A DNA stretch of 64,000 bases from Octopus vulgaris. Its lineage: Eukaryota. Positions within the stretch are counted from its first letter, which is position 1, and each line of letters begins with the position of its first letter. Shown piece by piece: positions 11,891 to 24,352 of this stretch. The translations under genes were made by a program, and so were the position numbers. The notes below the pieces were generated by a model. The model did no database searches and was not told the DNA's origin. It saw only the letters and a program-made list of their open reading frames with translations. Location: assembly GCA_951406725.2 (NCBI GenBank), contig OX597817.1:10974001-11038000 (forward strand), given 5' to 3'.

Positions 11891-13229
11891 TCTTTTTCAG
11901 CTTTTGCAATGAAGCTAAACAGCCAAATGAAAGAGACAAAAGCAATGAGAATTGTTTAATCCACACACACAGCTAAGTTATCAGAGGTAGAGAATATCTT
12001 GTATAAAGATCCTATGAATGCTGTCTGTTTCAGTCTTGAAGTATTATCCTATAAAGTGAGATCACCTGGATTGTATCCTACTTTGTACCACATGAAGCAG
12101 CTGAAAAAGTGAGCTCATTTCGAGACAAGCACACCATTCTACTGGAAGCTTTATTCAATGAACGATTTGTATTTTGTATTAAAAGCTAAAGAAACAATCA
12201 TCTTCATGCCTTAGCCTACATAAGAGACCTCACATTCACAGGATAACCCCCATCATCATCATCATCATCATTTAGCGTCCGCTTTCCATGCTAGCATGGG
12301 TTGGAAGATTTGACTGAGGCCTGGTGAACCAGATCGCTGCACCAGGCTCCAGTCTGATCTGGCAGTGTTTCTACAGCTGGATGCCCTTCCTAATGCCAAC
12401 CACTCCGTGAGTGTAGTAGGTGCTTTTATGTGCCACCGGCACGAAGGCCAGTCTGGCAGTAGTATATCAGATATCTCTACTTTCAAACTGGTTCACTTAT
12501 ACAATTGCTAATCTACTACAAATATTAGCTCAAAGATGCATGATTTCTCATCTCTATTCCTGATACTACTAAAATATTCCCTACTCCTGCATATCCTGCA
12601 TTCCCTACTCCTAGCTCATCCAGTGCAGCAACTGTTTGCCATCCTTGCTGTATCTCTCATCCAAAACCCTGCACTTAACTCATTAGCCAATCAGTACTCT
12701 CTTTGTTTAGTCCTCTTACTTGTTTTCCAACTGGCATTAAACAAAAGAAGTTCAAACTACACATCTACTGCAGTGACCTCACAAAACTGCCCCTCTTCCT
12801 TCATGTAATTAATGAAAATAAAAAGAAACTTAATTTGAAAATCAATTTGAAAAGAATAACTGATAAACAAGTAAAAGTGATTTGTCTCATCATCATCATC
12901 GTTTAACGTCCGCTCTCCATGCTAGCATGGGTTGGACGGTTCAACTGGGGTCTGGGAAGCCAGGAGGCTGCACCAGGCCCAGTCTGATCTGGCAGTGTTT
13001 CTACAGCTGGATGCCCTTCCTATAACACCAACCACTTCTTGAGTGTAGTGGGTGCTTTTTATGTGCCACCGGCACAGGTGCCAGATGAGGCTGGCAAACG
13101 GCCATGATCAGTTGTTGCTTTTTACGTGCCACCGGCACAGAGGCCAGTCGGGGCGGTGCTATTGTCTATATATGGATAAGGGTTTTGAGTACATGTAAAC
13201 AAAATATGATCAGACATTGCAGTACATAC

Positions 13230-13305
13230 TTTTGGGTCATCAGCATTCACATGAAGAACAGGGTAACCATTTATTTTTGCCTGGTCTGAGCAATACCTGG
13301 AAGAC
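13230..13305 (-). CDS. DHTKD1: DHTKD1 exon 11
   Basis: CAG|...|GTATGT, phase 2 to 0. Encodes (R)SSRYCSDQAKINGYPVLHVNADDPK. Confidence 0.95.
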
Positions 13306-14795
13306 CTGGAAGAATAAGAATACAGAGAAGACACATTTTAAATACATTCCTGAGTCTTAATATGCAATTAGAATGGAAAATAAATAAAATTATTTCTTTT
13401 CAGAAAGTATGAAGGTAACTTCATCAGGCTGGTGAATACAGTCAACTAAATTGAACAACCACCAAGCCATAATATATTGTTGTAGCTAATTTTACTGATT
13501 CCTAAATATACACAGAAAAGTGAGCTACAAAACAAGAAACCACAATCAATCAAGCTGGCTTATTTTCATCACAATTGACAAAAGATTAGAGGAGTAGATA
13601 TTTAGTAAAACACTCGAAAGAAATTTATTATTAGAAAGTATTACATGTTACTTTAGTTAGAAGGGATGTTATCTTGAGGTTAAGTGACAAGTCTCAAGAC
13701 TCAAGCATCTTCCTTGGGGTCCTTATAAAATACAGGACAGCACTTTTCTGTAGGTTTCAATTCCAGTAACCTTCAATCTCTTTGGTAGTTGTCTGAATTT
13801 TGTGCCAAGTGCACCACTAATAACAAGAACAGATGCTACCTATTGTGTTCCACAATCTCTTAATCTCTATGGCTAGATCCTGGTATTTTTCAATTTCTTT
13901 GGTAACTACTCTATTATTATATAGTAATGTAAAGTCTATGATCTTACACTATTTTTTATATCCTCTACAATCATATCTGATCATCTCGCATCAACAGTAT
14001 GGCCAGTTTTTATGGAAAATCCCATAAAATTCTGTAATTATTATTCACCATCACAGCCTCTGGCTTGGGTTCATGCCACTTTTCTATCACTTTATCCTCA
14101 CTCAGCTAACATCCCAATGTACTTTTTTACTGACACAGTACACCTATGTTTACACTCTTTTTGTGCTAGCTTACTGCATTAAGTAAAGAGATGATTAATA
14201 CTTTTGTTTCCTTTTCCACAGATTCTGCATTTACTTTTGGCTGAATTTTGTCAAGCTTTTGCCTTTAAAAAATTTGTTCCATATGGCTTGTTTCTGAGCA
14301 GTTAGTTGCATACTTTTTCTTTCTGCATCCATGATGGTGCACAGCTCAAGAATGATTACATAGACTTGAATATCTATGCTGATACAACCCCATCACATAC
14401 TGTTCCTGGTTACCTCAGCACATACCACTAATATGTCCAAAACTCCATGTATGTCACCTGTGAGCTAGAATGACTTAGTAGCATGCACCATGCTTCTACT
14501 AATTGTTTCAGTTGCTCATGTAGTCACTAGCAGACACAAACACCCTCTTGACCCTTTCACTCATAACTCAGCAGAACATCTAGAATGAGACAGGTAGATG
14601 GAGAGACGGCTGGTAAACTAGAGCAACATGAACTGAAATGCTTTGCTAAGGGACACACCATGCCACCTAATCTGGGAATTTGCACCCATGACCTTGTGAT
14701 CATGAGTCCAACACCTTCACCACTAGGCCATAGACTTTCACCTACTGTACTGCATCTGAAAAGTATATAATCTTCTGTATATCACCATGACTGAT

Positions 14796-15030
14796 ATCCA
14801 ATCTACAGTGGAGAAGGCTAGCCACTGGATTTGGTTAAAAAGAGACGATGAGCGATGGATAGAAGTATATTGAGTTCTTCATAACCAGCTGATCTAGCAA
14901 GCGGGGCCTCATATCAGTGAGGGGGGGCCGGTGCGCATTGATGCCGTTGAGAGGTAGGCCCCGAAACGGCACGCATTCTCTCCTGATGACCCCATACACT
15001 TGCTAGCTTCCGGTATATGGAGCTTTTAAC
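14796..15030 (+). mobile_element. 5'-truncated HERO-like RLE retrotransposon 3' end
   Basis: 14796-14873 encodes IQSTVEKASHWIWLKRDDERWIEVY*, matching the EKASxWxWxKR C-terminus. A GC-rich structured 3' UTR follows. Confidence 0.65.
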
Positions 15031-15387
15031 TGGTAGCACTTGCATGTGCAAGTTGTTTGCAAGACATTAAGTACTTTTACAAATAGATGTCTTTCTTAAT
15101 AATAAACACTTAGTAGTAAAGTAAGAACAGAATCCAATTTGTCAGTCACACATACTGAGGAAAGCAGAATTATGTGCCTTGCTCATGAACACAAATGAAT
15201 GGTCTTTGACAAAAGTTCAACTATACTCATAAATATCTGCCTTACAGAATCATAGCCATTTGGAACCTTGTGTGAAGTAAAGGTTTGATTCAAACTCAAG
15301 CCATGGGTAAGATTTCAACACTTGAAATTTTTTTAGCGATTATAGTTATATACTAATTAAGGTCATTGAAAATTTACATGGACTCAC

Positions 15388-15503
15388 CTTCCTCTTTCCG
15401 CTTCAGTTGTGAAACCAATTTGGTTATTAACTATCAGATGAATGCTGCCACCAACAGAAAAATGTGCACACTCAGCAAAACTGAAAGTTTCACTGATAAT
15501 ACC
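15388..15503 (-). CDS. DHTKD1: DHTKD1 exon 10
   Basis: CAG|...|GTGAGT, phase 0 to 2. Encodes [38 protein letters not shown] (NNQIGFTT ThDP/Mg motif). Confidence 0.96.
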
Positions 15504-16070
15504 CTGAAATTGTAATGTAAGCACAAAATAATAATAAGCTTGATAACAATGAAGAGGATATTGGAGATGGTGATGATGATGATGATGATAATGCCAATAT
15601 TGATGATGGTAGCCTTCTTTTTTCATATAAACATAGCCAATTATCCAAATCCCCATTGAAAAGTGGCCGTTTTTGGTTAAAGACTCTATTGGGGATAGAA
15701 AAGTGAAAAGCTCCAATTTGAGAAAACTGGGATTGGTCTACCTCAGCAAATAGCATTTCAACAACAGTGAATTTCTTCTCTGATGAGGTTCCTTGCTCCA
15801 AATATTTTACAATTCTTTTCATATCAAGGCACACAAACTATTTGGTGAATTCCAGTGACGGGACGTTGCTCAATATGCGATAATAAGATTTGGGCAAGTT
15901 AAATAGAGCACAGTAAATGGAAATTAGAAGTTTCTAAAATAACATAGAAAGCATATTCTACGAAGAGTTGGTTAAGTTCTCAGTAAACCAAGTCAGTGCC
16001 CTAGTTTCAATGTCAAACTTTAAGTCTCATTCCTATCACATAGCTAATATAATACCCTGGAGAAAAGGTA

Positions 16071-16111
<41 letters not shown>

Positions 16112-16270
16112 GAATAAGAAACAGAAAGTCCTTAGTGATGCAAACAGGAAAAACAGAACTCAAAATAAGAGAATATGTATATTCTTTATTAATACTTAGC
16201 AGAAGCAACAGAGAGACTCAAGGGCTGGGAGTTTTGTGCATCAGCAGAAACTCTTGGCCCTTGAACCACT

Positions 16271-16308
<38 letters not shown>

Positions 16309-17110
16309 TAACATCCATTTTCCATGCTGGCATGGGTTGCATGGTTTGACTGAAAACTGGTAAGCTCCACCAGGTTACAATCTGATTTGACATGGTTTCT
16401 ACAGTTGGATGCCCTTCCTGATGCCAACCACTTCAAGAGTGTAGTGAGTGTTTTTCACATGCAATCAGCATAGATGCCAGTTATGAAACACTGGCATTGG
16501 CCATGACTACAATTTCACTTGGCTTGATAGGTTTTCTCAAGCATGGTATATTGCCAAAGGTCTTGGTCACTGCCTCCGTAAGTTTATCATCATCATCATT
16601 TAACGGAATCCAGCCAAGGCGGCGCTGGCATTGGCCACGTTCGGATGGTGCTTTTTATGTGCCACCGGCACTGGAGCCAGTCGAGGCGGCGCTGGCAACG
16701 GCCACGTTCGGATGGTGCTTTTTATGTGCTACCGGCACAGAAGCCAGTCGAGGCAGTGCTGGCAACGGCCACGTTCGGATGGTGCTTTTTATGTGCCACC
16801 GGCACAGGTATCACAACTACTATTTTCATTGATATTTATTTCAATGCTCATGTACTTGACTCAACAAGTCTCCTCAAGCACAGCGGGATGTTCTATATAT
16901 ATATATATATATAAACTTGGCCATTTTCTCTCCATTTTAATTTTTCTCCTATTCCTCTTTATTCTCTTTTCTCTTTGTTTCCTCTTAATCCTTCCTGTCA
17001 AACTGTAGGCTCAAAGTGTAAAAGACCTTTCCATTCTTCCCGAGTGTCAAACTAATACACCTGCTCACTGTTCCTACACCTGTCTTCATCTTTTCTTTTC
17101 TGTAAATTTG

Positions 17111-17147
<37 letters not shown>

Positions 17148-17154
17148 CATACAA

Positions 17155-17830
17155 CTAGGGTGCAATGGGTAAATTGTCACCATTTTATAATTTTAATTTC
17201 TCGCTCGCGCATTGTTTGCTTTTCATTTTGTCAACTACACAGTATAGTAGGGTCAGTTGGGCATCATCTGTGAGAAAAACAGCACCATGACACAATTCAC
17301 TCAGCCAGAAATTTGAAAATGGCATGCTGTACTGCTTGGCATTCACCCTGGAAGTTCCAATACAAACATTTTAGAGTGTTTGGATGTCAATATGAGGACA
17401 TGTACCAAGAGTGATAAAAATCAAACATCAAGGTGTTTTGAATGATTACTAGTGATGGCGATGTTATGCCTCCATTCATCTTCTCAAACAGTCTCAGACT
17501 CAACATGGAGGCCTACATCATGTGCTTGGGAGGAAGCAGTGCCGCCCTGAGTCAAGAGGGTGGCTGTTGGAAAACCCTGTGTCTAGCAACAGGACTCCGT
17601 ATCAAGCTACACATGCAGGAGAATCCAGTCATGGCTGTCAGGTAATTTCTGCAACCACCTCACCCCTAACATTTGGTCACCTAACTCCCTAGACTGCAAC
17701 TCCCTTGATTATTATGTGTGGGGTGCAGTTGAGCGAGAGACCAACAAAACTCCTTGTAACACCAAAGATGAACTACTGAAAGCAACGATTACGGCAGCAG
17801 TCACCAACTTAAAGAAGACCAGCCATAAGA
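17155..17830 (+). mobile_element. Degraded Tc1/mariner-superfamily transposon (maT/DD37D-like)
   Basis: Remnants ITSDGDVMPPFIF..L.LN.EAYI.CL and WSPNSLDCNSLDYYVWGAVERETNKTPCNTKDEL (WPxxSPDLNPLDY motif). Confidence 0.75.
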
Positions 17831-18037
17831 GTTGCATAAGATTGATGTGGTATACAGTCTACATGTCTAGGGGAGCAGGGACTGGTGCAATAGCAACAGA
17901 GGAGATAAGAAAGACATAGCTTGGGTGTTGGAGAGTGAAGAGCTGCTAATTAGACGAATGTAATATGACTTTAAAAGGTGAAGAAATATTTACAATGAGA
18001 TGAAAAAGCAACAGATTAGAAATAAAACTATAAGTAC

Positions 18038-18178
18038 CTGAGCTGAGAAGGAAGCATCACCATGTACTTGGAAACAAAGTACATCTTTACTTTGAGTTTC
18101 ACTGTCATGACCATAGTCTCCGATCTTCAGGGATTGTATCTTTGCACGTGCCTTGCCCACAGCCACAGGATTATTAGC
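18038..18178 (-). CDS. DHTKD1: DHTKD1 exon 9
   Basis: CAG|...|GTAC, 141 nt, phase 0/0. Encodes ANNPVAVGKARAK...VLCFQVHGDASFSAQ, the start of the ThDP-binding GDA motif. Confidence 0.95.
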
Positions 18179-19020
18179 CTGTTAAATAGAACAAACATTA
18201 TTCTTTTGATAAAAGAAAATAATAATACTAATAGTAATTTCTAACATAGGTACAAGAACAAAAAGTTAAACAGATGGGGTTAGCCAATTAAATCAACACT
18301 AGAACTTGACAGGACTTCATTTCATCTCTAACTAAATACTGTAAAGAATTTTGTCCTAAAAGAAATTATGATTTCAATATTGAAACAAGATCACACATTG
18401 GTAGAGTGCTTCAATGGAAGAGTTTATGCTGGCCTCTATGGTATCTGAGTTCAAAACATTAAGATACAAATAAATTTCACATGATATTCTTATCTGATGC
18501 TCAACCAATTTACCCCTCCACCATTTACATGATAATAATATAATAGTTTTTAACTGAGGTATAAAGGTACCAATTTCAGGGGATAGTATAATTAATTAGA
18601 TCAACCCATTTATTTGACTAGAATTTATTTATAAAATTACAAGCTGATAAAAAGCAAATTTGATTCTAGTGAAGTTAGAATTTGAAGATATTACTAAATA
18701 TTGCATTCTATCTGTTACTATGTTGATTCCACCAATCACTGTTTTCTAATAATAATAATATTAATGATGAGGATGATGCATCATCATCATTGTTTAACAT
18801 CCGCTTTCCATGCTAGCATGGGTTGGACGATTTAACTGAGGCCTGGCGAACCAGATGGCTGCACCAGGCCTCAATCTGATCTGGCAGAGTTTCTACAGCT
18901 CGATGTCCTTCCTAGCGCCAACCACTCCGAGAGTGTAGTATTCGTTCACTCTAAACTAACATGGAAAAATGGACATAAAATGAATGAACAAACCTGTGCC
19001 ATATGATACTTTGAACTTAC

Positions 19021-19094
19021 CTCTAAATGAGATGGATTAGGAATCAAAGACACATGAACAGTATTATCACCATATTTCAGATCTTGTGATGTGT
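19021..19094 (-). CDS. DHTKD1: DHTKD1 exon 8
   Basis: TAG|...|GTAAGT, phase 1 to 0. Encodes (Y)TSQDLKYGDNTVHVSLIPNPSHLE (NPSHLE motif). Confidence 0.95.
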
Positions 19095-19317
19095 CTAAAA
19101 ACAGAGAAATCAGTAAGCGTAACTGCAGTTACTAAATATCAATTCTTTTGGTTCAAATATAAAACAATCCTAATATTCTTGGCAGACAAGCTTGAACAGA
19201 TATGCATCCAAGTGTTAGTCTAATAGCTTGTAGTTTTAAGATTTTCATTCTTTTACCTTTAGATTCAACCACATCAGTCACTGAAGTGTTATAAGCACTG
19301 GACTCTAATCTTTTTTG

Positions 19318-19596
19318 TTCCTTCTCGAGCCACGCTTGGCTCATAAGGGCCGGTTTCCTTAGCGTATAGGTTCCCCACCTGGACGGGACGCAGGTGAGCT
19401 GCATGATGCAGGAGGAAAGAGTGAGAGAAAGTTGTGGCAAAAGAGTCAGCAGAGGTTTGCCATTACCTTCTGCCGGAGCCGTGTGGAGTTTAGGTGTTTC
19501 GCTCATAAACACACACATTGCCCGGTCTGAGATTCGAACCCGCGATCCCTCCACTGCAAGTCCACTGCTCTAACCACTAGGCCATGTGCATCCACA
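19318..19596 (-). mobile_element. tRNA-derived SINE, related to the 35420-36095 family
   Basis: Minus-strand head TGGCCTAGTGGTTAGAGCAG...GGTTCGAATCTC, and a 3' part GCGTCCCGTCCAGG...GAAACCGGCCCTTATGAGCC. Confidence 0.75.
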
Positions 19597-22138
19597 ACTC
19601 TAATCTTTTGTGTTTCAACTACTCAATCTTTTTAAGTTTCACTCTTTTCTGTGTTATTCTCAGTGTACTCCTCAAAAGTTATACAGGCTGAAAATGTTGT
19701 TTAGCTCCAGGTCAGCCACAATTAGGCAAATTTATAGTTAAAGGCTCTCCAGCCATGATCATCCTGTTTTGTAAGAATCTATAAGACTACATCATATAAA
19801 GCATCCCTCTCCTTTCTCTTAAGGTAATAGGGTATGATTTGAGAGATTTGGCTGTTATATCTAACTGGTTGAGTGACCACATGAAGTTTCACACATTTAA
19901 TCTGTATCTACATGCTATCAATACTCTTTTATTTTTAATATTTCTTGTTATAAGGTTAACGTAATGTATAGCATTGGATAAAATGCTTTATAGTATTCAG
20001 TTACAGACTACTGGGTTTGGTGTTCAAATCCTGCTGAAGTAAACTTAGCCTTTCATCTTTCCAAGGTCAACAAAAAAAGTACTGGGATCAACAAAACCAA
20101 CTACATCCCTGCATCAAGTTTGAGGTCTTGTGCTTATGCAAAGGATCAATATTACTTCTTGTTACATACTCTCTTTTACTCTTTTACTTGTTTCAGTCGT
20201 TTGACTGCGGCCATGCTGGAGCACCGCCTTTAGTCGAGCAAATCGACCCCGGAACTTATTCTTTGTAAGCCCAGTACTTATTCTATCGGTCTCTTTGCCG
20301 AACCGCTAAGTGACGGGGACGTAAACACACCAGCATCGGTTGTCAAGCAATGCTAGGGAGACAAACACAGACACACAAACACATACACACACATACATAT
20401 ATATATACGACAGGCTTCTTTCAGTTTCCATCTACCAAATCCACTCACAAGGCATTGGTCGGCCCGGGGCTATAGCAGAAGACACTTGCCCAAGATGCCA
20501 CGTAGTGGAACTGAACCCGGAACCATGTGGTTGGTTAGCAAGCTACTTACCACACAGCCACTCCTGCGCCTATCTATAAAATACATAGATTGTGCTTTTA
20601 AATATGTTTTCTCAAGATCTCTTATCAAACAGTTGCCTACATGTAAACACATATATACATTCAAAGTTGAGGTTTCACAGTCTCTATTCCAAGTTCCCTG
20701 TTTCTTTTATATTCTTCAAAGCTTCCCTCCATCACTATATTTCTTCAAGGCTTTGAAGAAGCAAGCAAAAAATTAGAATCAGATCCCTGAAGTACTGACA
20801 GAGTACAGTTTCAATATTGAATATCTGAACTGTATGAGGTACTCATTTCTCTCAATAATTAGTGAACATTTCAAGTTATTCTACCTGTTGATTACAACAG
20901 CTCAGGTGAAGGTATGTGGCTCAGTGGTTATGATTGTAAGGTCATGAGTTTGATTCTTGGTGGGGTGCTGTATCCTTGAGCAAGATACTTTACTCCATGT
21001 TGTATGAATCCACTCAGCTAGAAATTATGAGTAGTACCTGTGTTTCAAAAGGCTATCTTTGTCACATTCTGTGTCACACTGAATCTCCTTGAGAACTACA
21101 TTAAGGGTACACATGTCTGTGGAGTTCTCATCTACTTGCATGCTAATTTCATGAGCAGGCTGTTCGGTTGATTGAATCAACGGGAACCCTCACCACATCC
21201 TCATCATCCTCCTCATCATCGTTTAACGTCCGTTTTCCATGCTAGCATGGGTTGGAGGATTCGACCTGGATCTGGGAAGCCAGGAGGTTGCACCAGGCTC
21301 CAGTCTGATCTGGCAGAGTTTCTACAGCTGGATGCCCTTCCTAATGCCAACCACTCCGTGAGTGTAGTGGGTGCTTTTTACATGCCACCGGCACAGGTGC
21401 CAGGGGAGGCTGGCTACGCCCACGATCGGTTGGTGCTTTTTATGTGCCACCGGCACAAAAGTCAGTCAAGGCAGCGCTGGCATCGGTCACAGCTTGGGGA
21501 ACCGGAGATGGATAACAATGCATGTTTCAATGGGTAATTTGTCTTCGGGATACATTCTTCCATCCTTTGTTAGTTTTTATGGACACTAATCCTCCTCAGT
21601 GTCCATACACTCTCTTCCTCCACTTAACTGGAGGAAAGAGGGCTGATTTAGTTGTCCAGACCACCTGACAGATTCCCAGGGTTACTAGGAACCAGCAGCA
21701 GCTAAAAGAGACCTAACGTTTATATTGGGTATAGATAAAAACAACATTTACATAGACATATAAATTCAAAAGTCTTATTTATGTATGTCTATATATAAAA
21801 CTAGCAGTATCGCCCGGCGTTGCTCGGGTTTGTAAGGGAAATAACTATATAAGCAATTTTAGAGAGTTACTTCCCTTATATAATAGCAAAAAAAATGCAT
21901 TAAAAATGGGAGAAAATGATGGTAAATTTTTTTTCAAATCGTAGACTCATCGTAGATGCGCGCTAATACCCAGAAGGGCTCGATATGAATCACAACTATA
22001 AGATACCCGCTTTTGGTTAAACACCGCAAAATGTGGGAGAAGTTAGGAATCTAAATTGTAGGAGACAGACACACAACTTCACTTTTATATATAAAGATGA
22101 AAAAAAAAACCCAGAAAATTAAGGAATTTAACACTTAC

Positions 22139-22202
22139 ATAAATGTGATAAAACATCACCACTTCCCTTGGCCATAGGAGGTAACTCTGTCAGACCTTTC
22201 AT
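22139..22202 (-). CDS. DHTKD1: DHTKD1 exon 7
   Basis: TAG|...|GTAAGT, phase 0 to 1. Encodes MKGLTELPPMAKGSGDVLSHL. GDVLSHL is the DHTKD1 form, whereas OGDH has GDVKYHL. Confidence 0.94.
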
Positions 22203-22479
22203 CTATAAGAGAATAATTTATGAATGTCAGGTATATTAAAATATTAAAAAAAGAAAACTTTAGTTTATATATGACTTAACACTGAGAATTACTAATTCAG
22301 ACAATTTTTTTACTAGACACTGACTTTAGGAAGAGCATATGCCTATAAAGACCCTATCAAAATTTGAAATATATGAGCAAGACATGGTCCCTTGTTTCAG
22401 ACCATGACAACAACTTGTACAATCCATGCCAGCATGGAAAGCATATAATAATGATGATAATAATAATCATATCCCAAAC

Positions 22480-23008
22480 AGCACTGTACCAATGTTAACG
22501 CAAGAGAATACCCTCCATCAGGCATTTGTCATATTCTGAACGCCTTATTCTCTGGGCATGGATACATTGAAACTCTGACGTCTGGCAGCTGACTTAGCAG
22601 ACACCTATAAAATTACTAACAATCTTACAAACAATAACTCTGAGCACCTTTTCAAACTCCACCTGTCTAACACCTGTGGTCATGTTTACAAAGTCAGAAA
22701 ACAGCACAGCTCCCATGACTTTCGGAAACATTTTTTCACGCTAAGAGTTGCTGAAGTATGGAACAAACTGCCGGCATCAGTTAGTTGTCGGAGCACTACA
22801 TCCTTGAAAACTTCCATGCTTCCTGAGATTCGCCAACACTACACCTGATTTTCTCCCCTCCATACACACGCAAGCATGTATCTGACTCATACACTGTTCG
22901 CTTTCCAGACATTTGTACATTACTGCATGTGCTTTATATGCACTGTCTGACAAGTTGTGGTCCACCTGAGCACTGTATACAATAATTTCATTATTATTAT
23001 TATTTATT
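22480..23008 (+). mobile_element. CR1-group LINE 3' end; second copy at about 58450-58930
   Basis: Encodes LKLRRLAADL...TRGHVYKV...RKHFxTLRVAEAWNKLPASVV...FK, followed by a 3' UTR and a (TTA)n tail. Confidence 0.85.
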
Positions 23009-23206
23009 ACAAACGTACAGGCACATAGCATCTAAACTTTGAAGTATGTAAAGTATACAGCTATTTGAAATTATAGTAGAGAAAACACAAATACGCAGCA
23101 AGGTACAAGAAGCTGATGTCACTCCAGATAATGCCAAACAATCTCATTTCTTCTTCTTGTTCAAGACTAGTCCAGGAAGGCTCAGTAATGTTATTTTACA
23201 AGTGTA

Positions 23207-23608
23207 CTTACTTGTACTTGTGGCGACATTCACCCTGGGCGGGTTGAGTCGGCTTCTTCCACCACCCTCGAGGTATCTCGAACCATGGCAGTGGAAGAAG
23301 TTTCGTGGGAATATGAATTTTACAAGTGGTCCCCGACAATTCCGCATGTGGAGACATCCTGTTTGCTGCAGATTGTCCGCAGACGCAGGGACAGAACGAC
23401 CGAGGAGCCGCCGGTTGCCGAAACAGACACTCCGAGGATTTTCACCAGAGCCCTGTCTGCCAGGTTGTGGCCTTAATACTACTCGGTGTCGGACCAATCC
23501 GTTTTGGGTGGCCCTGCCAGGAACCGAAGTTCCCGACAGCATAGCTCTGACACTACTCGTTGCCAGCATCCCCCACCACGGTGAGGAGGGGATGGACTTT
23601 GGGGACGC
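23207..23608 (-). mobile_element. Short non-autonomous RTE-derived element (5' UTR plus 3' tail)
   Basis: 13-bp TSD TTTTACAAGTGTA (23194-23206, 23609-23621). The 5' region GAGCTATGCTGTCGGG...CCTGGCAGGGCCACCCA resembles RTE 5' UTRs, and the tail is ACAAGTACAAGTAAG. Confidence 0.75.
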
Positions 23609-23959
23609 TTTTACAAGTGTATATGCAAACAGACATACATACATATAAATATCATGGATAAGTGAAAGTTTTTCAATGTAAGGGCTTTATATGACCAACA
23701 CAAATTTTATTATTTTGTTGTACTAAGTTCAACTTCTGTTAAGACTAAAGCTTAAAATGAGATGTTTAACAAACCCTGCCAAGATGGTGTTCCCTACGTA
23801 TACTTTAAAAAAGAAAATAGGGTTCCTCTAATCAAATTGCTTAATAGGACTTATATCATCACCAGTTTTAATTAAAAAGAAATAGACAAATTTCTCTACC
23901 TAAAGGCACTTTAGATAGAAATAAAAGAAGTAATCTGTGGCAAAAATGTAAAAACATAC

Positions 23960-24057
23960 CTTTCGGAACATACGAACAGGAGGGAAATCCAGCATTGTAG
24001 TCAGAAAGTTAAGCCGACCACGATGGGGCATACACATGACTACGTCTGTGACACCAT
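23960..24057 (-). CDS. DHTKD1: DHTKD1 exon 6
   Basis: CAG|...|GTATG, phase 1 to 0. Encodes (Y)[32 protein letters not shown] (MPHRGRLN motif). Confidence 0.95.
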
Positions 24058-24121
24058 CTGAAAGAAAAGCATTGCAATTTAAAATTTACTGTAATTTATC
24101 TTTTATCATTTACTTGTTTCC

Positions 24122-24352
24122 TATTTCTTTATTATCCACAAGGGGCTAAACATAGAGGGGACAAACAAGGACAGACAAAGGGATTAAGTCGATTACATCG
24201 ACCCCAGTGTGTAACTGGTACTTAATTTATCGACCCCGAAAGGATGAAAGGCAAAGTCGACCTTGGCGGAATTTGAAATCAGAACGTAACGGCAGATGAA
24301 ATACCGCTAAGCATTTCGCCCGGTGTGCTAGCATTTCTGCCAGCTTCCCGTC
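24122..24352 (-). mobile_element. tRNA-derived SINE with a Meta-domain-like core, representative copy
   Basis: 19-bp TSD TTATCATTTACTTGTTTCC; core GCCTTTCATCCTTTCGGGGTCGATAAATTAAGTACCAG. Other copies: 45943-46172 (16-bp TSD), 63188-63605 (dimer, 16-bp TSD), about 59812-60325 (multimer), about 60448-60675, and partial copies at about 27128-27245, 47030-47135 and 54535-54612. Confidence 0.88.

Noticed and set aside
23144-23648. Overlapping ORFs of 163 and 166 aa on both strands
   Set aside because: By-product of a GC-rich 402-bp retroelement. The ORFs cross the TSDs and have no recognisable domain.
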